Position numbers and translations under genes: made by a program
The notes under the pieces: model-generated
Seen by the model: the letters and a program-made list of their open reading frames with translations, nothing else
The model's database searches: none
Told to the model about the DNA's origin: nothing
NCBI GenBank assembly: GCA_035513655.1
Contig: DATKBV010000479.1
Location: 1,643-65,642 of the forward strand
Source of the DNA: Pirellulaceae bacterium
Lineage (GTDB): Bacteria; Planctomycetota; Planctomycetia; Pirellulales; Pirellulaceae
DNA: 64,000 nt
Direction: 5' to 3'
Part shown: piece after piece, positions 10,521-18,986 of the stretch
Numbering within the stretch: the first letter of the stretch is position 1
Layout of the letters: the number at the start of each line of letters is the position of its first letter

Positions 10521-10992
10521 AACGATCATCACGAAGCTGGCCCAGGCCCAGGTTGAGTTCGTCGTTGTGGGTGGCATTAGCGCCGTTCTGCAAGGCGCTC
10601 CCATCGTGACGCGCGACCTGGACATCTGCTACAGCCGGTCGTCGGACAACCTGCGGCGACTGGCAGCAGCGCTCGAACCGTTCAAACCACAATTGCGAGA
10701 TCTGCCCGCGGGCGTGCCAAACATCTTTGATCTGCGTTCGTTGGAGATGGGAGCAAACTTCACGCTCGAAGTTGAAGGCCAAGCACTGGACTTGCTCGCA
10801 ATCATGTCGGAGATCGGTGGGTATGACGACATCCTTGACAACGCGGACGAAATGGAAGTCGCGGGGCATCAGGTGCGCGTGCTGGCGCTCGCTGATCTGA
10901 TTCGCACGAAGCGCGCTGCCGGACGCCCGAAAGACCTCGCCGTGATTCCAACCCTGGAAGCCACGCTGGAAATGCAACAGCGCCAGGAATGA
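10489..10992 (+). CDS. nucleotidyltransferase-fold protein (minimal NTase, toxin/antitoxin-like family)
   Basis: VVGGISAVLQGAPIVTRDLDI fits the G-G/S...D-x-D NTase signature. LIRTKRAAGRPKDLAVI is a C-terminal motif I recall from small standalone NTases. GGAGG lies 9 nt upstream of GTG 10489. Confidence 0.6.
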   Translation: MQKFVMQDFAETIITKLAQAQVEFVVVGGISAVLQGAPIVTRDLDICYSRSSDNLRRLAAALEPFKPQLRDLPAGVPNIFDLRSLEMGANFTLEVEGQALDLLAIMSEIGGYDDILDNADEMEVAGHQVRVLALADLIRTKRAAGRPKDLAVIPTLEATLEMQQRQE

Positions 10993-11009
10993 TCGCTGTC
11001 GGTGAGAAC

Positions 11010-11085
11010 GGAGTGCGGAGTGCGGAGTGCCAGAAGCCGATCGCTGCCCTCTGACTTCTGACTTCTGACTTCTGACCTCTGACCT
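11010..11085. repeat. heptanucleotide arrays GGAGTGC x3 and CTGACTT x3 / CTGACCT x2
   Basis: ggagtgcggagtgcggagtgc at 11010-11030. ctgacttctgacttctgacttctgacctctgacct at 11051-11085. Confidence 0.85.
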
Positions 11086-11092
11086 CTGCTCC

Positions 11093-11287
11093 GTGCTACA
11101 ATTCAAGCGTGTTGAATCTGCAACGAACTGCGATCTCATCGGAGCGACGAAAATGGGAACGGTGTATGCCGAACCATTGTTAGGGGCCATGCCGATGCAA
11201 GACATGGATGTCTTGATCGATCCGCACCGACATCGCTTGATCGTCAACCCAGACCATCCAATCATTGCCGGCGGGTTGCTGAAGTAG
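11093..11287 (+). pseudogene. possible C-terminal fragment of a retropepsin-like (clan AA) aspartyl protease
   Basis: GTVYAEPLLGAMPMQDMDVLIDPHRHRLIVNP resembles the C-terminal LLG-x-x-x-L...-x-ID-P part of bacterial retropepsin-like proteases. The catalytic D-T/S-G half is absent, and the ORF has only 64 codons. Confidence 0.3.
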
Positions 11288-11666
11288 GTGACGAACAAAC
11301 GCCAAGAACTAGCGTTCGTCGAGCAGCGTAATTCAGTCGGCCCACAGTTCATAAGTGTTATGTCAAGACGCGCAATCGGGACAATCTCTCCAACAGATAA
11401 GATAGGTAAGATAGTACATCTATAAAAATACATAGTCAAGCATGTCTATGCGGATTTTAAGTCCAATAAATCTCCGGCTTTAGATGCGTTTGTGGTTGTA
11501 CGAATGGTATAAACGCAGAGTCCAGCGGCGCGGTTTGCGGTGTGCCGATGGGAGAAGGCACCAAGCACGTTTGGTGTCGGCGTCAGCCGCACCAGTTTCT
11601 TTTCCCGAAGCACATAGGCGGCGTTAGCCGCACCAGCGCGGCCCTGCACGACCGACGCCGATCAGG

Positions 11667-12110
11667 TCAGCACGGCATTTGGCCAGATGCTCCGAGCATC
11701 GACTCAAGTTGCCCTTCCGGCGGTACGACCCAGACGTCAGGAGTCGTCTCATCCGCCGGGACCGGCTCGCGAATCATCGGATTGCGAACGGCCGGCAAGA
11801 CTTCGACCGCGAAGATCTCGTTGACGCCCGAGACGAACTCGAGCTTGGCAACACTCTGGCCGCTGCGCAAGTCGACGACGGCGACGCCGCACCGCAATTC
11901 ATCGCGTTTCTCGGCGATCGGCACGCCGCCAAAGACGGACGTCTCGCGGATCTGGGACAACCCAACAAAGGCGAACGGACCACAAAAGCCCAACCCTCGC
12001 GTGTAACCGGGCATTTGCTCAACCGACTGGTACTTGCCGTTGGCGGATCTCACGAAAGGCGGCCGCTGGACCTGGCTCGGGAGGTGGCGCGGCATGATCG
12101 TCGGAGCCAT
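11667..12110 (-). pseudogene. C-terminal fragment of a TIGR03032/DUF4915-like protein
   Basis: PGYTRGLGFCGPFAFVGLSQIRETSVFGGVPIAEK...CGVAVVDLRSGQSVAKLEFVSGVNEIFAVEVLP matches my memory of the C-terminal third of that family. Full-length members are roughly twice as long or more. Upstream DNA is repeats, not coding. Confidence 0.45.
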
Positions 12111-12286
12111 CGGCTGGTGTTGTCTCTTTCATCCCTAAAGGCTAATTCGATTGTCCCAGAGTGTCGAGACGCGCGTGCCCGACGGTGTCGACTCTCGGGA
12201 GAGACGGGCGCGCACAGCTTGCCACGTCCGGCTGACGCCAGCACCCTACGAGCCACGAGACATTGAAATGGAGGCGTTGTAGAGGC

Positions 12287-12360
12287 CAGAAGTCCAGAGG
12301 TCAGAAGTCAGCTTTATTCCGCCTGATCTCTGACTTCTGACCTCTGACCTCTAACTTCTG
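12287..12360. repeat. heptamer-built hairpin (CAGAAGT/CAGAGGT arm vs CTGACTT/CTGACCT arm)
   Basis: The left arm is cagaagtccagaggtcagaagtcag (12287-12311). The right arm is ctgacttctgacctctgacctctaacttctg (12330-12360). The arms are reverse complements with one heptamer of slippage. Confidence 0.85.
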
Positions 12361-12502
12361 CCCTCTCCCCAACCGTTTGCAACCGCTGTTCATGCTTTAC
12401 CTGCGTTCTCTAAACCGATTAAATCAACAGGCCGCTTTGGGCGGGGAGCTTGGTAGCCTACATTGATCGAATTCAGCCTCCCAACACCGAAACGGCCTGG
12501 GT

Positions 12503-12551
12503 TAACTTTGAACTTGGAACCTGGAACTTTGAACTTGGAACCTGGAACTCT
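12503..12551. repeat. heptanucleotide array (21-bp unit GAACTTT GAACTTG GAACCTG x2 plus one)
   Basis: taacttt gaacttg gaacctg gaacttt gaacttg gaacctg gaactct, immediately upstream of cca. Confidence 0.85.
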
Positions 12552-12565
12552 CTCCCAACGAAAAC

Positions 12566-13828
12566 ATGGCATCGATCGATCCCACAACAGCCCGTGGATT
12601 TGCTCAGCAGGTCGTGGCGAAGCTGCGCGAAGCGGGGTTCCAAGCCTTGTGGGCCGGCGGATGTGTTCGCGATCAGTTGCTGGGTTGCGAGCCCAAGGAT
12701 TACGACGTCGCCACCAGTGCAACTCCCGTTCAGATTCGCGAAGTCTTCGGGAACCGCCGGACGTTGCCAGTGGGTGCCGCGTTTGGCGTCATTACGGTGC
12801 TGGGGCCGCGAACCGCCGGGCAGATCGAAGTTGCGACGTTTCGCCGCGACGCGACTTACAGCGACGGCCGGCATCCCGATAGCGTGGCCTTCAGCAATGC
12901 CGAAGAAGATGCACGCCGGCGCGATTTCACCATCAACGGACTGTTCTTCGATCCGCTGTCGAACGAAGTGATCGATTTCGTGGGCGGGCGAGCGGATCTC
13001 GAACAGAGGATCGTCCGCGCCATCGGCGACCCCGACGCTCGTTTGTCCGAGGACAAGCTGCGGATGCTGCGAGCGGTGCGCATCGCGGCGACGCTGGGCT
13101 TCGAAGTTCATCCGGAGACGATGCAGGCTGTTCAAAGGCACGCCGATGAGCTGCAGGTGGTCAGCGTCGAGCGAACGACCGCCGAGTTGCGACGGCTGTT
13201 TCAGCATGCGAATCGACGGCGCGGGCTTGAATTGCTGCGCGAGTCCAGGTTGTTGGGACAACTGCTTCCCGAATTGGATTGCGCTGGCGACGCTTGGCGG
13301 CAAACGCTCGAAACGCTGGATGTGCTCCAGACTCCCTCGTTTGCCGTGTCCGTTGCCTCGCTCTTACGAACCGTGCATCTCGAAGCTGCGAACCAAGACA
13401 GCGTGGAAGCGATTTGTCGGCGTTGGAAGCTCTCCAACGAAGAGCTGCAGGGCGTGCTGCTTTGCCTGAAGAACGAGACAATCATTCGGAACGCCACCAA
13501 GATCGAGTGGCCGATCTTGCAACGCGTGTTGACCGCCACACGCATTGAGGAGTTGCTGAATTATTGCCAGGCCGTCACACAAGTCATCGACGGAACCGAC
13601 GACGCCATCCAGTTCTGTCGCGCCACGCTCGCGCGTCCGCAGCGGGAGTGGAATCCGACTCCACTGATCACCGGCGACGATTTGCGGCGGTTGGGTATCC
13701 CGGCGGGCGCGGTCTACCGAGCGTTGCTGACAACCGTCCGGGACGCGCAATTGAAAGGCGAGATCACCAATCAAGCGGCAGCACTCGCGTTTGCGCAAGC
13801 GCGTTGGCAGTCCGGAATCGCCAAGTAA
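12566..13828 (+). CDS. cca: CCA-adding tRNA nucleotidyltransferase / poly(A) polymerase family protein
   Basis: Head-domain motifs are present: WAGGCVRDQLLG, DYDVAT, RRDFTINGLFFD and EDKLRMLRAVR. The product is 420 aa. Confidence 0.9.
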   Translation: MASIDPTTARGFAQQVVAKLREAGFQALWAGGCVRDQLLGCEPKDYDVATSATPVQIREVFGNRRTLPVGAAFGVITVLGPRTAGQIEVATFRRDATYSDGRHPDSVAFSNAEEDARRRDFTINGLFFDPLSNEVIDFVGGRADLEQRIVRAIGDPDARLSEDKLRMLRAVRIAATLGFEVHPETMQAVQRHADELQVVSVERTTAELRRLFQHANRRRGLELLRESRLLGQLLPELDCAGDAWRQTLETLDVLQTPSFAVSVASLLRTVHLEAANQDSVEAICRRWKLSNEELQGVLLCLKNETIIRNATKIEWPILQRVLTATRIEELLNYCQAVTQVIDGTDDAIQFCRATLARPQREWNPTPLITGDDLRRLGIPAGAVYRALLTTVRDAQLKGEITNQAAALAFAQARWQSGIAK

Positions 13829-13862
13829 GAATTGGGCCAGCGATGGCTGTCGCAACTTGAAC

Positions 13863-14062
13863 GTAGCCAATCTCGCCAGAGATTGGGGATAATAGTGCGA
13901 CGCCCAAGGTCTGGCGACCTTGGCTACGAGGAAATGCGGTAGCCACTCTCGCCAGAGATTGGGAGACAACGGTGCAACGCCCAAGGTCTGGCGACCTTGG
14001 CTACGAGGGAATGCGGTAGCGGTGGCATCCTGCCGCCGACTGCCTGTAGATGCCACCGCTAC
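13863..14062. repeat. two tandem copies of a ~76-bp triple-hairpin element plus a terminal 14-bp-stem hairpin
   Basis: The units start at 13863 and 13939. Each contains ccaatctc-gcca-gagattgg, ccaaggtc-tggc-gaccttgg and ggctac-N11-gtagcc. gtagcggtggcatc (14016-14029) pairs with gatgccaccgctac (14049-14062). Confidence 0.85.
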
Positions 14063-14184
14063 GTACCATCTGAACAACCAGCTGAACTGTGTCGGATGGA
14101 CAATGCCTCGCCGGGCACCTACGATCGTGCGCAAAGCAGCGAGGCGATTGCCTTTTCACAAAGGGGGAACGACAGGAAACCATC

Positions 14185-14733
14185 ATGGGTGAGTTAATTC
14201 TAGATTTGATCGTTCGTTGGATGCACATCTTCGGCGCGATCATGCTGGTGGGCAGCACGATCTTCATGCGTGTCGCGTATCTGCCGGCCAGGGAACTTTC
14301 GAACTTCGAGCCGAAACCCGAGTTTGCCGAGTGGCTGCGAGTTGCGTGGTCGAGGCTGGTCATGCTCTCCAGCGGGCAGCTCTTGATCAGCGGGCTGGTC
14401 GCCTTCGTGCTGCTGATGAAACGTTATGACATCGATAAGGAAGCATTTCCGGGGAGCGCGTTTCAGATGCTCTTTGGCATCAAGTTCCTGATCGCACTGA
14501 TCGTCTTCTTCCTCGCCGCCGCGTTGGCGGGAAAAAGTGGACTAGCCCAGCGGCTGCGTCAGCGCGAGAAGTTTTGGCTGACGGTAAATATGGTGCTGGC
14601 CATTGCAGTGGTTCTTATAGCCGGCGTCATGCGAATGTCCGATCGATCGGAGAAATCGACAAGTTCGTCACGGCAACCGGCGGCAACCGGTGCGAACATC
14701 ACCGCGGAGACTTCCACTTCGGCCGCACGGTGA
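14185..14733 (+). CDS. integral membrane protein (about 4 TM helices, CopD/DUF-like), function unknown
   Basis: MGELILDLIVRWMHIFGAIMLVGSTIF... has four hydrophobic segments. ATG 14185 is preceded by aaggggg. The longer listed start (14089) lies in repeat DNA. Confidence 0.6.
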   Translation: MGELILDLIVRWMHIFGAIMLVGSTIFMRVAYLPARELSNFEPKPEFAEWLRVAWSRLVMLSSGQLLISGLVAFVLLMKRYDIDKEAFPGSAFQMLFGIKFLIALIVFFLAAALAGKSGLAQRLRQREKFWLTVNMVLAIAVVLIAGVMRMSDRSEKSTSSSRQPAATGANITAETSTSAAR

Positions 14734-14743
14734 ATAGGCTGGA

Positions 14744-14773
14744 GGCGTGGCGGAGGTGCAATTCCGCCACGCC
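14744..14773 (+). terminator. GC-rich hairpin after the membrane-protein gene
   Basis: ggcgtggcgga-ggtgcaat-tccgccacgcc gives an 11-bp perfect stem 11 nt after the stop. There is no U-tract. Confidence 0.45.
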
Positions 14774-14821
14774 CTTCGTACCTCAGGGCGTGCCACACCA
14801 CGTCGTACGCACCACATGAAC

Positions 14822-14859
14822 AAAGCCGACTTCACGCAACCTACGCAAATAATCCGGGC
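14822..14859. repeat. solo copy of the terminal repeat of the 38497-38669 element
   Basis: aaagccgacttcacgcaacctacgcaaataatccgggc compares with gaaagccgacttcacgcaccctacggagaatccggg at 38635-38669. Confidence 0.7.
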
Positions 14860-14877
14860 TAACGTCGGAAGGCAGTG

Positions 14878-15048
14878 ATGGACAAGAAGAGCAAGAAGAG
14901 AATCGATGTTTGCAATCAGAAGCTTCAGTTGCTACGTCAGCAGCTCGCCGGCGCGAAGGCCCAAGACGATGAGCCCGGCGAAGTTGTTCGTCTCGAGGCG
15001 GAGATCGCGTCGCTCGAAGCCGAAGTTCAGAAGTTGAAAGCTTCTTAG
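14878..15048 (+). CDS. small (56 aa) lysine-rich coiled-coil protein, not in the ORF track (below size cutoff)
   Basis: The ATG is preceded by ggaagg. Hand translation gives MDKKSKKRIDVCNQKLQLLRQQLAGAKAQDDEPGEVVRLEAEIASLEAEVQKLKAS-stop, with a heptad-like pattern. Confidence 0.45.
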   Translation: MDKKSKKRIDVCNQKLQLLRQQLAGAKAQDDEPGEVVRLEAEIASLEAEVQKLKAS

Positions 15049-15181
15049 TTGGACAGCGCCGCTTCGTAATGCGACGCCATGTCTTGCAACCTTCTCCGGC
15101 CACCTGGCAGTCCGGCGGGAGCCCATGTTTGGACAGCTAGCACGACGTGCGAGCACCGCCCCCGTAGGGAAGCCCGGGCAT

Positions 15182-15288
15182 CCCAAGGTCTGGCGACCTT
15201 GGCTACTAGGAAATGCGGTAGCCAATCTCGCCAGAGATTGGGAGACAACGGTGCAACGCCCAAGGTCTGGGCGACCGTGGTTACGAAG
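15182..15288. repeat. about 1.5 further copies of the 76-bp triple-hairpin element
   Basis: cccaaggtctggcgaccttggctactaggaaatgcggtagccaatctcgccagagattgggagacaacggtgcaacgcccaaggtctgggcgaccgtggttacgaag is nearly identical to 13863-14015. Confidence 0.85.
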
Positions 15289-15455
15289 AGCTCGACGGCC
15301 GTATTGCTCGAATTCAATCCACGAACATTGCGCAGATTCCGTTCATTCGGTGTATTTTCGCAGCCGATAAATTCCGAAGGCGGAGCGTTCACGGGCGATT
15401 TGAACGCGGCTCGTGTGAAGCGTTTCGACCAGTTTGCGTTCTCGGTGTTGAATGT

Positions 15456-16457
15456 ATGGCCTCTAATCTGCGCAAAGCTGCCATTGTGATGCTGAGCCTC
15501 CCGTCGGACGAGGCAGCGCAAGTCATGGGCAAGTTGGCTCCGAGGCAAGTCGAATCGCTCTCGATCGAGATCGCCAAATTGGGGCGGTTCTCTAGTCAGG
15601 ATCAAGAAGATGCAATTCTGGCGTTCGCGGATGCTAACCCGCTTGCTTTAGGCGGCAGCATGGGAGGGCTCGATGCCGCGGAGGCGCTGCTTGAAAGAGC
15701 GCTGGGCGAGGATGCCAAGAGCACCGTCGCGAGTCTTCGCCAGTCGCTCGAATCGCTACCGTTTGCGTTTTTGAAACACGTCGATCCACAGAACTTGTTG
15801 ACGTTCATCAATGACGAACATCCGCAAACGATTGCCTTGATCTTGTCGCATCTCGCACCAGCGTACGGCGCACAGGTGATTGCGGGACTTACGACCGAAC
15901 GTCAAATTGCCGTCATCTCGCGCATCGCCAACATGGGGCAAACCAGTCCCGAGATTATCGAGCAAGTTGAATCGGGGCTGGAGAAGCGAATGGCGGCGGT
16001 CGTGAGCCAGTCGTTTGCCGCGGCCGGAGGGATTCCCAGCGTCGCACAGATTCTCAACGTCTGCGATCGGCAGACGGAGAAGACGCTGCTCGAGAACTTG
16101 TCGCAAGATGATCCGGAGCTGGTCGAGGAGATCCGGCGGTTGATGTTCGTCTTTGAAGACATCAATAAGCTCGGCGACAAGGACATTCAGACGATCTTGA
16201 AGAACGTCGAGACGTCGCAGTGGGCGATGGCCTTGAAGGGCGTGAGTCCGGAACTGCGAGCAAAGATCCTGGGAAATATGTCCCAACGAGCCGGAGCGAT
16301 GCTGTCGGAAGAAATGGAATATCTCGGCCCCGTACGGCTTTCCGAGGTCGAAGCCGTGCAGACGCAGATTGTTGACATCGTGAGACGCCTCGAAGAAACT
16401 GGCGAGATTACCGTCGGTGGCGGTGCCGACGGTGACGCCGACTCGTTTATCACGTAA
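15456..16457 (+). CDS. fliG: flagellar motor switch protein FliG
   Basis: The product is 333 aa. The N-terminus is KAAIVMLSLPSDEAAQVMGKL. The C-terminus EEMEYLGPVRLSEVEAVQTQIVDIVRRLEETGEI is typical of FliG. No other flagellar gene is adjacent. Confidence 0.9.
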   Translation: MASNLRKAAIVMLSLPSDEAAQVMGKLAPRQVESLSIEIAKLGRFSSQDQEDAILAFADANPLALGGSMGGLDAAEALLERALGEDAKSTVASLRQSLESLPFAFLKHVDPQNLLTFINDEHPQTIALILSHLAPAYGAQVIAGLTTERQIAVISRIANMGQTSPEIIEQVESGLEKRMAAVVSQSFAAAGGIPSVAQILNVCDRQTEKTLLENLSQDDPELVEEIRRLMFVFEDINKLGDKDIQTILKNVETSQWAMALKGVSPELRAKILGNMSQRAGAMLSEEMEYLGPVRLSEVEAVQTQIVDIVRRLEETGEITVGGGADGDADSFIT

Positions 16458-16465
16458 TTCATCAC

Positions 16466-16515
16466 GTAGGCTGGGTCGCGACCCCAGTAGTAGGCTGGGT
16501 CGCGACCCAGCCTAC
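16466..16515. terminator. perfect 26-nt palindrome preceded by a half copy, after fliG
   Basis: gtaggctgggtcgcgacccagcctac (16490-16515) is self-complementary. gtaggctgggtcgcgacccc at 16466-16485 is a direct half-repeat. Confidence 0.55.
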
Positions 16516-16529
16516 GGGGAGCTCCCTTC

Positions 16530-17519
16530 TTGTTCGCTCTGGTTACAGGAGCCGGCGGGTTCCTTGGTCGATACATCGCCGAGCAGCTAGTCGCGCGCGG
16601 CGACCGCGTGCGATCCTTTTCGCGCACCATCCACCCACAGCTGAACAGGCTTGACATCGAGACGGTCACTGGCGACTTGCGCGACGCGGAAGCAGTTGCG
16701 AGAGCCTGCGAAGGCGTTGACATTGTCTTTCATTCCGCGGGTGTCGCGGGTATCTGGGGAGCTTGGGATCATTTCTACGGCATCAATACGCTCGGAACAC
16801 ACAACATCGTCGCGGGCTGCATGAAGCGCGGCGTCCCGCGACTCGTTTATACGAGCAGCCCGAGTGTGACTTTCGATGGCACGGATCAGATTGGCATTGA
16901 CGAATCAGCGCCGTATGCCGCACGCTGGCTCTGCCATTACCCGCACACCAAGGCGCTCGGCGAGCAACACGTGTTGGGGTCGAATGGCAGGGACGGATTG
17001 CTGACTTGCTCGCTTCGCCCTCACTTAATTTGGGGGCCTCGTGACCAGCATCTAATTCCGAGACTGCTCGATCGCGCGCGAAGCGGCAAGCTCCGCCGAA
17101 TCGGCGACGGAACGAATCTCGTTGACATGGTGTATGTCGAGAATGCGGCGACCGCGCATTTGCAGGCCGCCGCCGCCCTGAGGCCGGGTTCGCCGGTCTG
17201 TGGGCGCGCTTATTTCATCAGTCAAGGCGAGCCGGTGAACCTTTGGGACTGGGTCAATGAGATTCTTGGGCTCGCTGGAATCGCCCCCCTTCAAAAGTCG
17301 TTATCGCTGAAAACCGCATGGCGCATCGGTGCCGCGATGGAAACTGTCTATCGCCTTTTCGGCAAACAGAGCGAGCCGCGAATGACCCGTTTCTTGGCAG
17401 CCCAGCTGGCGACGTCTCATTATTTTGACATCACGCGAGCACGCGAAGATTTCGGCTATTCTCCAGCGATTTCGACCGCCGAAGGGATGCGTCGCCTGGC
17501 CGCCAGCCTGGCCGAATAG
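16530..17519 (+). CDS. NAD(P)-dependent 3beta-hydroxysteroid dehydrogenase/epimerase-dehydratase family (extended SDR)
   Basis: VTGAGGFLG is a Rossmann motif. YPHTK fits the catalytic YxxxK. The layout is LVYTSSPSV ... LRPHLIWGPRD. The start is TTG. Confidence 0.85.
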   Translation: MFALVTGAGGFLGRYIAEQLVARGDRVRSFSRTIHPQLNRLDIETVTGDLRDAEAVARACEGVDIVFHSAGVAGIWGAWDHFYGINTLGTHNIVAGCMKRGVPRLVYTSSPSVTFDGTDQIGIDESAPYAARWLCHYPHTKALGEQHVLGSNGRDGLLTCSLRPHLIWGPRDQHLIPRLLDRARSGKLRRIGDGTNLVDMVYVENAATAHLQAAAALRPGSPVCGRAYFISQGEPVNLWDWVNEILGLAGIAPLQKSLSLKTAWRIGAAMETVYRLFGKQSEPRMTRFLAAQLATSHYFDITRAREDFGYSPAISTAEGMRRLAASLAE

Positions 17520-17616
17520 AGCGGCAGTCACGATCGTCGCGACAGGGTTCAGCCGCTTGCCAATCGCTGTATAAATAGATAGCCTCATGAGTTTCTAACT
17601 TGCACGCGGAAGCCCG

Positions 17617-18873
17617 ATGATATCGACGCCTCGCCAAAATCTGCCCGACAGTCAACGGATCGTCATTACCGGCATCGGCTTGACCGCGCCTAACGGTAAT
17701 GATTGGAAGGAGTTCCGCGATAGCTTATTGAACGGCCGCAGCGGTGTCAGCCGCTATGAGATCCGTTACGTCGGCGAGACGCTGGCTGGGATCTGCGACT
17801 TTGACGTCCAGCGATACCAGTCCAAGAAGGACGCCCGCCGCGGGACACGGGCCGGGAGTGTCGGCGTCTATTCGGCCAACGAGGCGATCAAGCATTCGGG
17901 GCTCGACTGGGCGAATGTCGACAAGTCGCGCGTCGGCGTCTATATCGGTGTCACCGAGCATGGAAACGTCGAGACGGAGAACGAAATCTACGAACTCAAG
18001 GGCTTCGACTACGACACCCAGTTTTGGTCGCACCATCACAATCCGCGGACGGTTGCCAACAACCCCGCCGGCGAAGTCGCCTTGAACATGGGCATCACGG
18101 GACCCCACTACACCATTGGCGCGGCTTGTGCCGCGGGCAATGCCGGACTGATTCAAGGTGCTCAAATGCTGCGGCTTGACGATTGCGACGTGGCACTTGC
18201 CGGAGGTGTCTCGGAAAGCATTCACACGTTCGGGATCTTTGCGAGCTTTAAGAGCCAAGGCGCTTTGGCTTCGCACGAAGATCCGACACGCGCGTCCCGC
18301 CCGTTCGACCTCCAGCGGAACGGCATCGTCGTCGCGGAAGGCGGATGCATCTATGTCTTGGAGCGGCTCGAAGACGCTAAGCGGCGCGGTGCCACGATCT
18401 ACGGCGAGCTGGTGGGCTATGCGATCAACACCGACGCTACGGACTTTGTGCTGCCCAATCCGGAGCGACAAGCGGAGTGTGTTCGTTTGGCGCTGCGTCG
18501 GGCGGGATTGGCTGCCGAGCAGATTGATATCGTCAGCACACACGCCACTGGAACAGGCCTGGGAGATATCCAGGAATGCTCTGCGCTGCGGAGTGTCTTC
18601 GGCGCGTGTACTCAGACTTATGTTAATAACGCGAAGAGTTTCATTGGCCATGCCATGGGTGCGGCCGGAGCCTTGGAGCTGGCGGGCAACATCGCGGCGT
18701 TTGACGATGGCGTTTGCCACGCGACAATTAATGTTGACGAGTTAGACCCTGAATGTGACTTGCCTGGCTTGGTCTTGAACCAGCCCCGTGAAATTGGGAA
18801 GCCAAAGTACGTATTGAACAACTCGTTCGGGATGCTGGGGATCAACTCAGTCGTCATTATCGAACGGATTTGA
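17617..18873 (+). CDS. beta-ketoacyl-ACP synthase (KAS I/II type, FabF/FabB-like)
   Basis: The Cys-His-His triad context is present: TIGAACAAGNAG, VSTHATGT and FIGHAMGAAG. The C-terminus is NNSFGMLGINSVV. The product is 418 aa. Confidence 0.9.
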   Translation: MISTPRQNLPDSQRIVITGIGLTAPNGNDWKEFRDSLLNGRSGVSRYEIRYVGETLAGICDFDVQRYQSKKDARRGTRAGSVGVYSANEAIKHSGLDWANVDKSRVGVYIGVTEHGNVETENEIYELKGFDYDTQFWSHHHNPRTVANNPAGEVALNMGITGPHYTIGAACAAGNAGLIQGAQMLRLDDCDVALAGGVSESIHTFGIFASFKSQGALASHEDPTRASRPFDLQRNGIVVAEGGCIYVLERLEDAKRRGATIYGELVGYAINTDATDFVLPNPERQAECVRLALRRAGLAAEQIDIVSTHATGTGLGDIQECSALRSVFGACTQTYVNNAKSFIGHAMGAAGALELAGNIAAFDDGVCHATINVDELDPECDLPGLVLNQPREIGKPKYVLNNSFGMLGINSVVIIERI

Positions 18874-18986
18874 CACGAGTTCCAGTAAGTTCACCCAGCT
18901 AGGTTTCGTACCAGACTACATCAACGACAGCCCAGGGCGCAGCGACGCCGTCCACTCGTGGCCTGGCATTAGGAGAACCAAATACC

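Noticed and set aside
10129-11439. A 436-aa minus-strand ORF spanning the NTase region.
   Set aside because: It runs straight through the heptamer arrays (QRSEVRSQKSEVRGQRS, KVQGSRFKVPSSGF) and is antisense to a + strand gene with clear NTase motifs. It has no motif or domain of its own.
13863-14015. A possible CRISPR array, given the regularly spaced direct repeats.
   Set aside because: There are only two directly abutting 76-bp units with no unique spacers and no cas genes. The same unit recurs at 15182.
15363-15370. GCCGATAA, the sigma-28 -10 consensus, about 85 nt upstream of fliG.
   Set aside because: There is no TAAA-like -35 at the expected spacing (the sequence there is CATT). fliG is normally an early, not sigma-28-dependent, flagellar gene. 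A single 8-mer match could be chance.
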